DNA of 64,000 nucleotides. Source: Takakia lepidozioides (Eukaryota > Plantae > Bryophyta). Positions 22,101-35,754 of this stretch are shown piece after piece. Position numbers and translations under genes: made by a program. Within the stretch, counting starts at the first letter, position 1. Each line of letters begins with the position of its first letter. The notes beneath the pieces are model-generated. The model saw only the letters and a list, made by a program, of their open reading frames with translations. It did not search any database and had not been told where the DNA came from. Location: assembly GCA_030704615.1 (NCBI GenBank), contig CM060734.1:10044001-10108000 (forward strand), written 5' to 3'.

Positions 22101-25100
22101 TGGTCCTATCTGATAAGATCATACCTTAACTGCAACATCCAATGGGGTGCCATCTCCTCGATCCTTCAACCTTGCTCTATATACCTGACCAGGGACTCAA
22201 AAATTCCAGTTAGGTGAAACCGAAAAAATAATTTGTTGTCCTTCTCTTTACCATCACTTTGGGAAGCAGAGACGCCTGAAACAAGAGGAGCACCGGCAAA
22301 CAACAAACACTGCATAGTAAAGGAGAAACATAGGTGCTGGGAAGCCAGTTAGATTAATAAGCAATAGTTTCTCTTGGCCCCCTTCTTCCCCTTTCCTATT
22401 ATATGAGACAGTTCAGATTTGTTTGTGCAAAAGCTGCAAAACCTCCTCTGGTTGCATTGTTGACTTGGTATTCTTGTGGGAGTAAGTTTAGAAGCACACT
22501 CCAGATTTAGAGTGAAGCCCTACAGACCCTGGCATGCTGGAAAAAGCCATGATGAGCACCTTTACCTGTGCAATGCTTCCGGAGGCACAGGGTTTGTCAG
22601 GAAATTCGTCAAAAATATCTTCAATGGGTTGCCCCAAATGCTCCATCACTGCCTGACGGGTCTCTGCATAGGTGTGTTCTGGTGCTTGGTCATGGAGGCG
22701 CCCCAAGCACTCACACAAGCTTTCTGGGAATAAATCCTCCCTGGTTGCAGACCACTTCAAAACCACCCGACAAACCCAAAATTTTTAGAGAGTATTAGTT
22801 TATTCTAAAAGGAAGGATCATCATGCTAAGAAGGTCGGATGAGAACTTGAGAGGGCCATACAGATGTGAAAGAATTGAAGAAAGCTCAAAAAGCTTATGG
22901 GACTTCAGGGAGCAGGAAACAAGAAAGAGAGTGGAGCCCACAACAAGCAGCCCCACAACATCCTCGAAAGAAAGCAAGAACTTTATTAAGTCCGTAGGTG
23001 GCCCAGAAGACCAAAGGCACAGAAAGCAGAAAGAACCAGAAAGATTGTACTCATAAGACGTTGTTTGCCGTAGCCTTGTGGCCATTGACCCCGCGCCCAG
23101 TTTGAGCGGGAACAAAAGGGACAGAACCTACCTCTGTCAGGGGCTGACGTTGGTAGTGTGACTTACCATCATATATAGAATTAATCCGGGTTTTCCAGAT
23201 ATCCTCTAGAAATCCCTTCACACAAGCATCAATCTGCTGTGTGTGATTTGCCCAAAAACTAGGCCTCAGGAGGGCCTGGGCTTTTGGCTCAGCCTCGAGA
23301 CTTTCAAAGTTGTTAAATAGGGGTACAGGCACAATTCCCTTGATAGAATTGAAGAGAGCGTCTCTTTGGTGAGAGAACCCCGGACAGTGTATCAGAAAAT
23401 GAATACTGTCTTCAGATTGCCCACACAGCGGGCAATTGCACTCTCCCTTTCCTCTCTGCTTCTGTTTGCTGTTCAAAGGTAGGCTTCCTGCCCTGAGTTT
23501 AAATTTCAGTCTAGTGCCGAGAGTGGGTAGACCCTTGAGGTCATCCAAGATGTCCTCCCCCATGTCACTGACTGGAAACAAGTTCAGGGAAGTTTTCTGC
23601 CTAACTTCATTTTCATCAGACAATCTCATGGCAACAGACATGGCTGTGGACACTACAGCCTCTAAGTCAGATTTATCCAGCAGGGTCAAGGCTTGCGGAT
23701 CCAGGTCCAGGTCCTTGAGAATCTCTTCTACTCTCTTCTGCCAGGACTTAGCCTGTTTGACAGGGCGGTCCTGTTTCCAAGATATAGAGTCGATTAACTT
23801 AGGATATCTGGTGTTGGGCATATGTTGCAGCTGACCCCACCATCTGACCTTGAATTCATCTCGTCGGGAGCTTAAGGACAGAATGCCAAACTCACCCCGA
23901 ACAGCCACATTGGCTGTTTTGGAGCATGCTGACATACACTCCTTAAGCACCCCCACTTGAATGGATTCTAGAGACTTAGCCTGGTTGGAGTTATCAACCC
24001 ATATAGCAGATCCGTACTCCAAGGCAGGTCTAATAACGCGACAAAGCATGGTTTTCTTAACCTCAGAGTTGACCCCTCTGCAGTGGAAAAATTTAGTGAG
24101 CCCCAGAGCTTTGCCCTTGCCAGTTTGAACAACTTTCCGGATATGTGCATCCCAATTACAATTGGAGGAAAACTCAACGCCCAGGTAAGTGTAGGAAGGG
24201 AGGACCGGGATCTCTTGGCTACCCCACTGCCACTTAAGATCACTTCCTCCCTCTCCTCTGTCGTTGAATGCTACCACTGCACATTTGCTGACATTAGCCT
24301 CTAGCCCCCAAAGATCAAAGTATCTCTTCGCGCAATCAATCAACTCCTGGAGATTGGTTGGAGTCTCCCCTATGCCTGCGAAGTCATCCGCAAACATAAG
24401 GGCTGGTATGGTGGTATCACCCACCCTTAACCCAAATCCCTCACTTTCCACATCCTCGAGGAGTTGATTGATGAAAACATTGAAGAGCAGAGGGGAGAGA
24501 GTACATCCTTGAGCTACACCTTGGTCTATGTCAAAGAAGTTGGACTTCTGTCCGTTAACAGTGACACAGCTTTTGGTGTGAGCATACAAGTTGTGGACAA
24601 CTCTCCACATCTTTCCCTTGATTCCACAAGACCAGAGGCGGAACCATAGGCCATCTCTCCACACTGTGTCATAAGCCAGAAAGAACAAGAAAGAGTGAAA
24701 GGGCAACAAAGATAGATACAAAGGATCTTTACAATATCCATCGGGGACCCACGAGCCCAGGATCAAAATAGAAAGTACTCTTGGAGTTTGCTAACCAAGT
24801 GGTCACGTTCTAAGCCAACATGTGCTTCGTGAAAGTGTCAAAATACCTGTCCCCACTTGATGAAGGCAGCGCCCCCTCTCTCCAAGCAAAAGCGGAGCAA
24901 CACCCACACTAAGCTCCGCAGGTGATCACCCCAAACCAGTGTCAAAATTGTGGACATGAAATAGAGCAATGGCCCAAAGAGAGTGAGGGGCACAAAAATT
25001 ACTGCAAGCCAGCAACCCCTGAAGAAAAGGGATGCACATTGTTGGAAACCTCTCCAGCCACAATGTGCTACCCCAAGGTCCATTAAGTATCCTTCAGCTC

Positions 25101-26781
25101 TACTAACCCCCACAAAAGCCCAGTCTTCCGATGGCAGGGGGTCAGCTACTTCATCAGACCTGCCCAAACACTGGAACCTTGGAAGTTCAAAAGTCTCACC
25201 CACCAACTCCCTTTGTGAAACTGTTCCAACTGCTTCAGGTGAAACTGAAACAATTATCTCATTCTCAACGTCCTTTTTCTTCTTGATAGGAACTTTTTGA
25301 CAAAGGTGAAGCAATAAAGGAACAGAACCAGTAAGGCGGCTTTGTTGAATAACACTTGGTATGCAATTGGAAGGCTGGAAGCCTCTTGGTAGCGTAAAAA
25401 CTCTTACAGTCTCCACCAGGTCCACCAACCATCCAAGAGCTGATGGCCTGTTCAACCAATCAAACATGGCTCCGTGACTTTTTGAAGCAAACAGAACCAA
25501 AAAATAATTGGCTACATGGTGAACCAACACCTCTACTTTTCTGACCCCTATAAAATTGGAGATTTGTAAAACACTCATCACTTGGACAGAACCAAGCAAG
25601 ACTTGTAAGAAAAAATAACAACACTAACAAGATGTATACAGTAAGGATGGTAAGCCAGCTTCCAAGTATGAGGAGACACACATAAGGTGGGGAAGCTCGT
25701 CTAGTGAAGATTCTTACACCTATAGACCTTGACTTACATTTGAAATTGTAAGGACTACGATATGCACAACAGCCTGCAGATTATGACCCTCAAACTAATC
25801 AAGCCACTATGCCTTTCTCTAGAAGATTGACATGAAAACTAATACCAGATAGCTCCTAAAATTTCCAAAGTAGATCATAAAAGCTTGGTTGACAAGATTA
25901 CATAGCCTGGCGAGACAAGCTGTACAAACCCATATCTCATGTGAAGTTCCAATTATTTATTAGTTCCTTGTCTACTAAAATCAGAGCTTCATAGACCCTA
26001 CTTAAGAGGTCAAGATTCCGATAAATCAGAATATCAACTCTCAAAATTGTACTGGTTACATGGTAAAGCTGCAGGCACCCATTCTTTGTGACCATATTGG
26101 AGTGTGTTGTATTCTCTCCAGATACACAGACAGTAAGGAAATGAAAGGGTATGATTGTACTCTTGAAAATCAGACAAGAAACTGGAAAGGCGACGTGCAG
26201 CCCAGCGATGACGAAGCCTCCAGAGTGCCTCGCCCTTTCTGAACCCTCCCTTCGGAAAATTTCTCACTTGTGCTGCCGTCCTGGCATAGCCCAAGGCCAC
26301 AGGTATGGCTGCCCCCACACACCGTAATGTGTCCTACACCAGCTCCAAACACGTAATTACATCCAGTACTACAAGAATACTAGTAACTGACAACTCTGAC
26401 AACAGGCATCAAAAGTTTCTATCAAACTAGCTGAGCCCATGTAGGCCCCATGACCTGATCAGTCAGTTAGTTATGTTTAAAGCAGGACACAGCGGCTTGG
26501 CAATCAACACGTACTACGTAATCACTGGAGCAAGTCTCGTGGAGAGCAGAGCATACATGGAGGGCATGGTGCTGCGACTTGAGAAGGGGGATGCCAATTG
26601 AGAGAAGCATGGAGGCTGCCGAGAACTCTTCCACTCTGGTTGGCCACTCCTGTCCTGATAGAAGTTTGGGAGCTAAAGATTGCTTGCCCAAAAGTCTTAA
26701 AATGGGGGAGCCGCCAAAGTGAACAACACCCACAGCTGCTAAGCATGTCACTGCAAATGTTGCCACTGGGCCACAGAAAGC
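19145..26781 (-). CDS. ABC1K: ABC1/AarF atypical kinase, ADCK2-like subgroup; multi-exon, 5' end unresolved
   Basis: Exons 19145-19333, 19646-19789, 20163-20302, 20540-20639, 20925-21011, 21244-21342, 21795-21941, 22125-22184, 22566-22754 and 24847-~25575, plus probable exons near 26160-26340 and 26520-26781. Motifs GAAFIKWGQ|WSATREDLFP, ASGSIAQ|VYRA, VAVK|VRHP, DLRVEA, HTDLHPGN and LLDSGL. Splice phases checked in frame from 24847 to the stop. Confidence 0.9.
23045..24676 (-). mobile_element. 5'-truncated LINE (RTEX-like: RT + C-terminal CCHC) in an ABC1K intron
   Basis: Open frame AYDTVWRDGLW..QGCTLSPLLF..FADD..CPLCGQSEDSIHFLIHC. 18-bp TSD CAGAAAGAAC(C/A)AGAAAGA (23027-23044, 24677-24694). 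Confidence 0.92.
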
Positions 26782-26859
26782 CTACAAACACACCAAACAT
26801 TATGGCATTTGTAACATGAGGGTGTCCTCACCTCTCTCTCCCTCTCTCTCTCACAAAAC

Positions 26860-28980
26860 TAATTGTCTGCGGTAGAGCTGTTAATTGGTGGACCAATGAG
26901 ATTAAACTCAAGATAGCTGAGAGACGAGCCCTCTATAAAGAGTGCTGCAATTTGAAAACCAACAGAGAATTGTGGGCGAGGTACTACCAGCTCCGTAAAG
27001 ATATCAATCAGCTTGTTAGGTCTCAGAAGAAATTATACTGGGACAAGTTATACAGTGAAATAAACTCAAACCACCATGGTGGTAATGACAAGAGATTCTG
27101 GTTGGCCCTTCAACGTTTGTACAAGCCGAAAAGCAGTCAGCAAGTACAAGCGCTGAAGACTACTAAAGGTGCAGTGGTGACTTCATCGGTTGACATTGTC
27201 AAAACCTTTGAAACTCACTAGAGTATCCTTGGCAGAACTTCTAGGTCTAACAGTGAGGGGTCTTCTGATGAATGGAGGGACACAGTTGGAAAAACTGTTC
27301 CTATGATTCAAAACAGCCCTGATGAACTGGAGTATATTTCAATGGCCTATAACACTCCCCTTAGTTCTTCTGAGATTGTGGAAGCAATTGAACATTTAAA
27401 CGGATATAAAGCTGGTGGACCTGATGGCATAGTCAACGAGCTTATCAAGCACAGTGGCGATCCCATGATAGAGGCCCTACTTCTCCTCTTTAACCTTATC
27501 TGGAAGACTGAAATGATCCCCTTTCGCTGGCGACAGGGGGTCATTGTCAATCTATACAAGAAGGGTGACAGAGAAGAACCGGGGAACTACCGTGGCATCA
27601 CGCTCCTCAATGCTGTTGGCAAGACATTCTGCAGAGTTATAAGTACTCGTCTCGAGGTTGATCTGGAGTCTAGAGGTTGTTTCCACAAAGGCCAAGCTGG
27701 CTTTCGGTAAAACAGGAGCTGTGTGGATCATATCTTCACTCTAAGCCAGATTATCCAAGGAAGGAAAAAAGAAGGGTAACCCACTTATGTTTTTTTCCTG
27801 GATGTCAAAAAGGCTTATGACACGGCGTGGAGAGACGGTCTATGGTTCCGCCTCTGGTCTTGTGGGATCAAGGGAAAGATGTGGAGAGTTGTCCACAACT
27901 TGTATGCTCACACCAAAAGCTGTGTCACTCTTAATGGACAGAAGTCCAACTTCTTTGACATAGACCAAGGTGTAGCTCAAGGATGTACTCTCTCCCCTCT
28001 GCTCTTCAATGTTTTCATCAATCAACTCCTCGAGGATGTGGAAAGTGAGGGATTTGGGTTAAGGGTGGGTGATACCACCATACCAGCCCTTATTTTGCGG
28101 ATGACTTCGCAGGCATAGGGGAGACTCCAACCAATCTCCAGGAGTTGATTGATTGTGCGAAGAGATACTTTGATCTTTCGGGGCTAGAGGCTAACGTCAG
28201 CAAATGTGCAGTGGTAGCATTCAACGACAGAGGAGAGGGAGGAAGTGATCTTAAGTGGCAGTGGGGTAGCCAAGAGATCCCGGTCCTCCCTTCCTACACT
28301 TACCTGGCGTTGAGTTTTCCTCCAATTGTAATTGGGATGCACATATCCGGAAAGTTGTTCAAACTGGCAAGGGCAAAGCTCTGGGGCTCACTAAATTTTT
28401 CCACTGCAGAGGGGTCAACTCTGAGGTTAAGAAAACCATGCTTTGTCGCGTTATTAGACCTGCCTTGGAGTACGGATCTGCGATATGGGTCTACCCACTC
28501 TCGGCACTAGACTGAAATTTAAACTTGGGGCAGGAAGCCTACCTTTGAACAGCAAACAGAAGCAGAGAGGAAAGGGAGAGTGCAATTGCCCGTTGTGTGG
28601 GCAACCTGAAGACAGTATTCATTTTCTGATACACTGTCCGGGGTTCTCTCACCAAAGAGACGCTCTCTTCAAACCTATCAAGGGAATTGTGCCTGTACCT
28701 CTGTTTACCAACTTTGAAAGTCTCGAGGCTGAGCCAAAAGCCCAGGCCCTTTTGGGGCCTAGTTATTGGGCAAACCACACCACAGCAGGTTGATGCTTGT
28801 GTAAAGGGATTTCTAGAGGATATCTGGAAAACCCAGATCAATTCTATTTATAAAGGTAAGTCTTACTACCAATGTCAGCCCCTGACAGAGGTAGGTTCTG
28901 TCCCTTTGGTTTCCGCTCAAACTGGGCGCGGGGTCAATGGCCACAAGGCTACGGCAAACAACGTCTTATGAGTACAATCT
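26860..28980 (+). mobile_element. LINE of the same family, longer at the 5' end, with stops and a ~460-bp internal deletion near 28485
   Basis: KAGGPDGIVNEL, YKKGDREEPGNYRGITLL and FLDVKKAYD. Near-identical to the 23-24.7 kb copy with the same 3' end. Confidence 0.92.
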
Positions 28981-29834
28981 TTCCTTGAATAAATTCTTTG
29001 TAAAAACATTCAACATGAAAAAGAAGAATGGGATGATTCATTAGGATGACTCATTAGGGTTCTCCCTAGGTCTTAATCTAAAGCAGGTGTCCTATAAGGT
29101 TAGAAAGCCTGGGCACTCTCATTTGGACGAGGAGCAGGCAAGAGCTGAAGGAGCTGACTACCTTACTGCTGAACTATGGCTACAAGCAAGGTATTCATTC
29201 AGACTCCTTAAACACTTTGAAGGGCTGCTTAGATGGCAACACAAAGAAAGTTGACACTATGAGGAACTTACATGGACTTGACTAAGCTCTACTCTGAATC
29301 TAGGAATACTTTTGCAAACCAAGGGCTTCTATGTGTGCCCTTGCTTGAATACGTGGTCTAGTAACGCCTTCCGTCTGGGAGTGGGTGCTTACAGTCATGA
29401 GACCACCACCCCCTCCCTCTGGAGCATGGGCTGAAATAGGTACTGCTTATGAAGTCGCTAAGCTCACCCTCCCATCCTTTTGGTTGAGTGAGGTTACTAT
29501 GTCAATGGTTGCCAAGTAGGAACCAACAGTTCCAATGGGGTGAGTATACATAATCCCCACCCACCCTTCCTCTTAAGTAGAGTTGTATGTCTTACAAATC
29601 TGCTTTTTTTACTACTTTTTCACTAAGAAGTTAGGAATCTCTAAGCAACTGTATTGGAGTTTACATGATTGGGGTATGAGCTATGTGTTTTCATACTGCC
29701 ATGATGAGGACTGAGAAACTATGAGGGTCTGTGATGGTGCCTGAAAAGGCTTTATGGCGATGTGCTATGACTCTCCATGTGTCTGTTTGAGATCATTTTC
29801 AGTTTGATCACGAGCTGTCTATTCTCTCTCATAA

Positions 29835-30068
29835 ACCTAAAGTGTTGGGGTCTAATTGCTGGGCAGCTCACACACAGCAGATTGAAACTTGTGTGAAGGG
29901 CTTTCTAGAGGATATTTGGAAAGCCCAAACTAAGTGTTTCTACCATTGTAAGTCCCACTACCGGAGTGAGCCCCTCACAAAGGAAGTGTCTGTTCCCTTT
30001 TCTTCCACCCAAACCGGGCGGGGTCTTTGACCACAAGGCTACAGCAAACAACGTCTTATGAGTATATT
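29835..30068 (+). mobile_element. Short diverged 3' fragment of the same LINE family
   Basis: WAAHTQQIETCVKGFLEDIWK...CCACAAGGCTAC.GCAAACAACGTCTTATGAGTA. Confidence 0.85.
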
Positions 30069-33000
30069 CTCTCATGTGTTCCTTTGGTTTTCTCTTACCA
30101 AGTCCCATAGGCCACTGGGCCTCCCATGGACGTACAATTTACTTCTTCGTTTATTGCCCTCTATATTATGAGACCGTGGGAGCTTCCACTGTCTATTCCG
30201 TGGAACTCAATCTCTCACTGAAGTCTTCCACTATGAGGATCAGAAATGCTTGGCAGCTTACCTGCACGAGGCCTTGACCCTTAGACAATCCCTTGAGCAG
30301 TAGTTGCTTTTGGGCTGTTTTTTGGCTCTGGTTTGTTTCCTCTCTCTTGTTTTTTCCACTTTGCCCATAAGCTCTTTGAGCTTTCCGCGGACCTTATAAA
30401 GTACCATTTCATTTCATTTCTTCACATCACTTTGTCTTCCACCGTTTCCACTGGCTTAGGGAACAGCTGATCAAGGACACAAGTGTTACTTTTTCTGATA
30501 TATGTGTACTTACAGCAGAATTCAAGTTTTACGGACACATCACCTGGAAAAAACATTCCTTGAGTACATCTCAGTCTGTCAGCAATTGTGGCACTACCAA
30601 ATGCATCATTAAAGCAATGGATAGATATTGTGAGTGTGCTTACTGGAGCAAAGCTACTCACAACAGCTCCTGAAAGATTCAGCTAAATGAACAGATGTGT
30701 AAAGTGTTCCGAGGTACACTTAGTTTGGTATGGTTGGGTGACCGTCTTAACTTTCTTTTGGAATTATTTTGGGAGGAAATTGGAACATTGCCACGAACAT
30801 TACCTATTTACTACTGACGAACATCCCAAATGATGTTTTACTATACTAAAATGAGGTACCTGCATGACTGCAAGAACATAGTGTACTGGGTAAATCAAAC
30901 TGATCGGGGCAAGACAACCGGGATAGGAACTAACCTGTGAAAGTAGGAGGAGTATAGTGGCATCAACCACATCACTTGCTGATTTCCATGCCTTATCATG
31001 CCTCCGCCCATGCTTTCTGGAACTGTAAGCTTTCAACATGCCCACCATGGACCCTGACGTCACTGAGATGTGATTGGCACCAGCGGCAGCATGAGTGGTA
31101 TTATATCCCCAAGTTTGAGTTGAACAGTACCAGGATAATTCAATTTTGCAGATGGTACACTGCTGGTTGGGAGATGTCTATGGCAATTCCATACTAATAT
31201 TGCCACTGCACCAGTATGCAACAATATCCATGGTGCAATGGCTATGTAATCTGTTGTAACAACTTCCCAGGTTACAAGGCAAAAAATACTTCAGTAACCA
31301 AGAGACTGTATTCCTTGCTTAACTTGTTGGGCTCTTAAGTTGTTAAACAGGCAGTAGAGGATAGTTAGCTCATACCAAAAAATGTCTTCCCCATCTTGTC
31401 CCCAAGCAGCAATGTCGCCACCAACTTCGACTCGAGCAAGCCGGAACACAAAGCCACCAGAGTCTATGCCGCCTACTCCTAATCCAACACCAAATTTAAT
31501 TGGAAAAGACACTCGCAGACCTCCATCCCGACTACTCACACCTGTGGGCTGCAGCCCTTCCTCTTTATATTTCACCCAAACGTTTATATCTGGAGTTTCT
31601 GTGTTCCTGGCAGCCCAGTCAGGTTTCTGAGAAGGGAGCTTGGGAAGGGAGCACCCCTGCAAAGGAGATAGCTTCAATATCCCTGTTCGAAATTGCTGGG
31701 TGCGTCCCATGGTAGGCACACAGTATCTATCTTACAACCATTTGAAGGTGCCCCAATCTTTCACCATTGCCTGAGATGAGGAATCTTAGTGGATTATCCC
31801 TCATTTCACATAATACTGGAAGTTCTGGGTCTGTGGTGTATAGAGGCCCCTGCCTGGAGCTCCCAAGTGCCCCTGCAAACGACCATGGCGTATCATGGTG
31901 TTAGCCTGCTTTCACATTCAAGAGACTATTCACATTCACCATTGCATATCGTCAAATGAAGGTAGTGGCCTGAATGAATCATAATCTTCTCACAATAAGA
32001 GTTGCATTCGGCAGGCTTTACTCCGGCAGCTTGAGCTTCAAGACAGGGCAAGTCCAATACAAGACAACCAAGAGCTCTCCTCTCATACCATTGACGACCA
32101 ACTTCAGAATCTACCATGCGATCTTAAAATGTGACATCAATATCTATGATTTAGACTAAACTATTGAGCCCCTCAGTGAAACAAATGCTGATACTTTGAA
32201 CTTGACGATCTGAAATCAAATGTTGCACCTAATCTGACTTGAATGGTAGTCCTAGAATTTCACAACAATATCCCAGATGTGCAAACCTGAGAAATGTTGA
32301 AGACTTGCTGCATATATTCTGAGCCCGATTTCGTTGGAGCACTAAAAGGAGAGGGAGAGGAGGAGACAACAATGGAGACACTAACACGTGTAGCTGGTTC
32401 TGCCTACCAACTTTCTCATCAAACAATGCATCATCTGAATGGAAAACTCACTCATTCGTGTCAGTCGTCTGGGAAGAACACCCCTGCACTTCCCTGCCTC
32501 ATAAGCTGGGGCGTTATCCTCCTCAAAATGGGCCTGGGTGGCTCTTTGGTCAGCTGCATCTAGATGGAGTGAGGAAGGGACCCTTCATACCAGCATTACT
32601 GGGCAATGCTGACAAACCCATATTCACTAAGAAATCCTCCCATCCTCTGCAAAAACTCGTCTCCTGTATGTCATCATCCAACTAACCTATCTCCTGTGAG
32701 ATGCATCCGAAGAATACAGAGGAGCGAGAAGACGCACATCCCTGTGGAACGCACATCCCTGCCTTTACAGCGCTCACAGGAATGAGCGTACAGTAGAAAA
32801 TGATGCAACTGTTATCTATTTATTTGAATGTAAGGTGGCGGCGTATATAGGCCTCATATTTGCTTAGAAAAAACAGGATGGGTCAGCACGGCTGGATATG
32901 CATGTGCCACTTGTCCATCATACGACTGGTGTGTCCAGCAAGCACTGTGTCTGTGTCATTTCTCTTCCTGTGGACCGTGATAAGTTCACCCGATAAACGA

Positions 33001-33559
33001 TTCTAATGAGGCCACGGCCTTCCGATGGATCTCCGAAGAAGATGAACATGGATAAAAAAGGCCACCTTCCTCTTTCCTTTAAAAAAGGAAAAAAAAAAAA
33101 CAAAAAAACTTTGGGAGTAACAAAAGCATCTTATGTTACGTGTACGCGCGAGGCCCGTGGCGGCCCCACGCACGGACGAGGGGCGTGCCCGTCGCTGTGT
33201 GCGGTCACCGACGCCCGCTGCCGCTACTCCGCTCTGCCAGCCCGCTCACCCGGTCCGCTGCCCTCCAGTCCGTTGCGCCCGTCTGCTGGCACGCATCCCC
33301 TGCGCCAGTCCGCTGCCGGAAACAGATCTAGACCGTCCACTCTGAACCCCATCCGAGCCCTCTATTTTTAGGGCAACAAGCCAAACCTTATCTCTGTCAC
33401 CTGTCACCTGCTACCGGCCGCGAACGTGCGTCCTGCTACTCCTTGCACGTTCTCCATCGTGTCCTGGGTGCTGCGACACGTTCCTTGCAGGTTCTGGAGC
33501 ATGTCTTCTGTACTGTACATGGCATGGACGTAGAAGCAGAAGGCAATAAGATAAGCAAA

Positions 33560-34150
33560 CTGAAAGCCCGCTTATACGCCCTCTTTAACAAAGTTTGCAA
33601 ACACCAAAACCGGGACCCTTCAACAACAAGGACCTCCTCTGGAAGAGTTACACGCAAAATGGGTTTAATGGGATGCGAGTGAATGTTAAAAAAGCTTGCA
33701 TACCTTGGGATAGAGTTGCGGACTTTGTCCTTGGAGAGGAGAGTTTGGAGTACTGCCCCACTCAGTTTTGGGTGAATGTTCATTGTAAAGTGGAATTCGG
33801 AATGCGAAAAGCTCCCAGAGCCAACACATTCTTGACCAGTATCATGTGTGCACCATCCTCACAGTCTTTTTGTAGTCTCATTGCATGTATGTTGCGATTT
33901 CTGTTTGTCACCTACTATTATGTCATGCTTCCACAAGTCCATGGATATCGATTATGAATTTCATGTCCGGGTATCAATGCTGCTACGGACCCGATAACAA
34001 GGCCCAATGAGAAAGAAGTCCGACTATGGAGAGTCATACAAGCGTGGTTGTCAGTGTTGTTTCAAGGTCCAACAATGTTATCTTGCCCCGGACATTTGTA
34101 TCCTCACGTACTACAACAATATGGAGCATGTGGATGCGCAACGACAGGGT
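33560..34150 (+). mobile_element. 5' fragment of a Mutator-like (SWIM-type MULE) transposase gene, degenerate
   Basis: DLLW...ACIPWDRVADFVLGEE...CPTQF, an intron at ~33846-33970, then YQCCYGP and KRGCQCCFKV...P.ICILTY..MEHVD. This resembles the N-terminus of plant SWIM zinc-finger MULE-derived proteins. Confidence 0.7.
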
Positions 34151-34254
34151 TATCATCACTTGCATTTTCCATAGCCGTAGTATCCATCATTTGCACAGTA
34201 GAGTGAAAGTCACTCGGCGTGATCTGTGCAAGAGTGGCCTATAGAGTAGGAATT

Positions 34255-34645
34255 GGAGGAGGTAGAGGGGGCTGATACCCAATGGCTTTGAGGTCATCAC
34301 TCCAATCAGGAGTGCACTTGCTAGACTTTTGCCAAAGCCATTAAAGGTGTTAGTTCATCATAGCAAAAACTGAAAAATAAAATGTGAGGGATAGATAGTG
34401 TGTACAGAAACCACTAAGTACACTCGTCTAAAGAAGAGAGGGAAGATCCATATGTCTTGTCAAGACATAGACAAGACGGTAAGGGTCATTGTCAATTAAA
34501 GACAAAGCAGCCTCATTAGGCACTATCTAACTCCTCCTTCCATAAACAGCTTCATATATGATTGAAAATCATGTTACATTCTCAAGTACATGAAGTCTTA
34601 GGGTGGGAGGGTGGGATTTCCAAGACATCCATCACCATTGATTCA
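34255..34645 (+). repeat. Dispersed repeat; inverted homolog at 47491-47856
   Basis: Shared blocks include GTGTACAGAAACCACTAAGTACACT, ATATGTCTTGTCAAG and TTAGGGTGGGAGGGTGGGATTTCCAAGACA. Confidence 0.85.
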
Positions 34646-34734
34646 TACCCTCATCAGAAAAAGTTTGAGCCTCAAACATGAACTGCAGGTGCTTTGTTGT
34701 ACTCTACTCACACAGATAATCATGTGTTAAGTGC

Positions 34735-35105
34735 TTTCTAAGCAAAAACACCTTCAGACGGTCTTGTTTTTTATTCCATGAGCATGTACAGGTCTGGAAA
34801 TGATATTCCAGCACCTTATCAAAATCATTCAAAGCAGAAATGACACAATGAGCATGTTCAAAACCACTTAGCCATTACCAGGTCAGATCCCCAATGGTTT
34901 GGGGGAGCTTTAGAAGAATGTGTGTATTCTGAAAAGCCCTTCAAAAGTTCTGCTTAGTAATTTCTAAGCTAAAACAGCATAGATAGGCCTATTTTAAACT
35001 CCATGAGTAAGTCCAGGTCTGGAGATGGTATTCCAGTACCTTAGCAAAATGCTTCAAAAGTTTCCCAAGAGCTTTTAAGAGAATGTTTGTATTCTAAAAA
35101 TCCCA
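34735..35105 (+). repeat. Diverged tandem duplication (~225-bp period)
   Basis: TTTCTAAGC..CCATGAG..CAGGTCTGGA.ATG.TATTCCAG.ACCTTA at ~34735 and ~34960. Confidence 0.7.
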
Positions 35106-35574
35106 TCATATGTTCCTACTGCCCAACAGATAAGAGTTGGCTACAAACACAAAGAGATCAAGGGGTTGAAGTGACTCAATTCATCAATGAAACAACATAC
35201 AGCAGCAGTCCCTTCATCTGCAAGCTTTAGGCATCATGTCAAATGAAGAACCCTCACCTGGTCCTATCACATGCAACCAAAAACCATAAATTAGTGTTAG
35301 AAGTGGAGTTCCCCAGGTGAATCACAGGTCTCACGTTTGTTATCGCTGTCCAACATGCATTCTAAAGCATGATCATGATCAAAACAGAGCAGAGATGAAC
35401 CAAAAACCTTAAGAGTTTGTGGAATAGGACGTTGCGTCATGGCATCCAGCACTTGGTTTTCAACAGAGCATAACAAGATGGGATAGTTGAAAACAAGATG
35501 CAATTTATCAGGTGAGGAATACTTCCCGCACTTCATAAGGGCACCGCTGGCACTTTTTTAATTGATCAACGAAG

Positions 35575-35754
35575 ACAACCAAGTTGTAGCCCAGTGGCAA
35601 TGGGCACATACCACCTTGGAAGTAGTTGTGGGTTCAATCCACCCTTGGTGTCACAAAGGTGTCTACCTTCCTAACGGAAGGCAGTAACCCTTTGGGGTGA
35701 AGAGACACCATAATTTACGCTTCCTTCGGGAGGCGTCAAATATTATATATTATT
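35575..35754 (+). mobile_element. tRNA-derived SINE, copy 2
   Basis: A box TAGCCCAGTGG, B box GGTTCAATCC, 3' hairpin and TAT-rich tail. 14-bp TSD ATTGATCAA(C/T)GAAG (35561-35574, 35755-35768). Confidence 0.88.

Noticed and set aside
23051-24766. 571-aa ORF as a host or domesticated gene
   Set aside because: The first ~30 codons are intron sequence read in frame into a TSD-flanked, 5'-truncated LINE.
35586-35645. tRNA gene (also 17330-17385)
   Set aside because: A/B boxes are present but there is no complete cloverleaf; TSDs and a shared body indicate a SINE.
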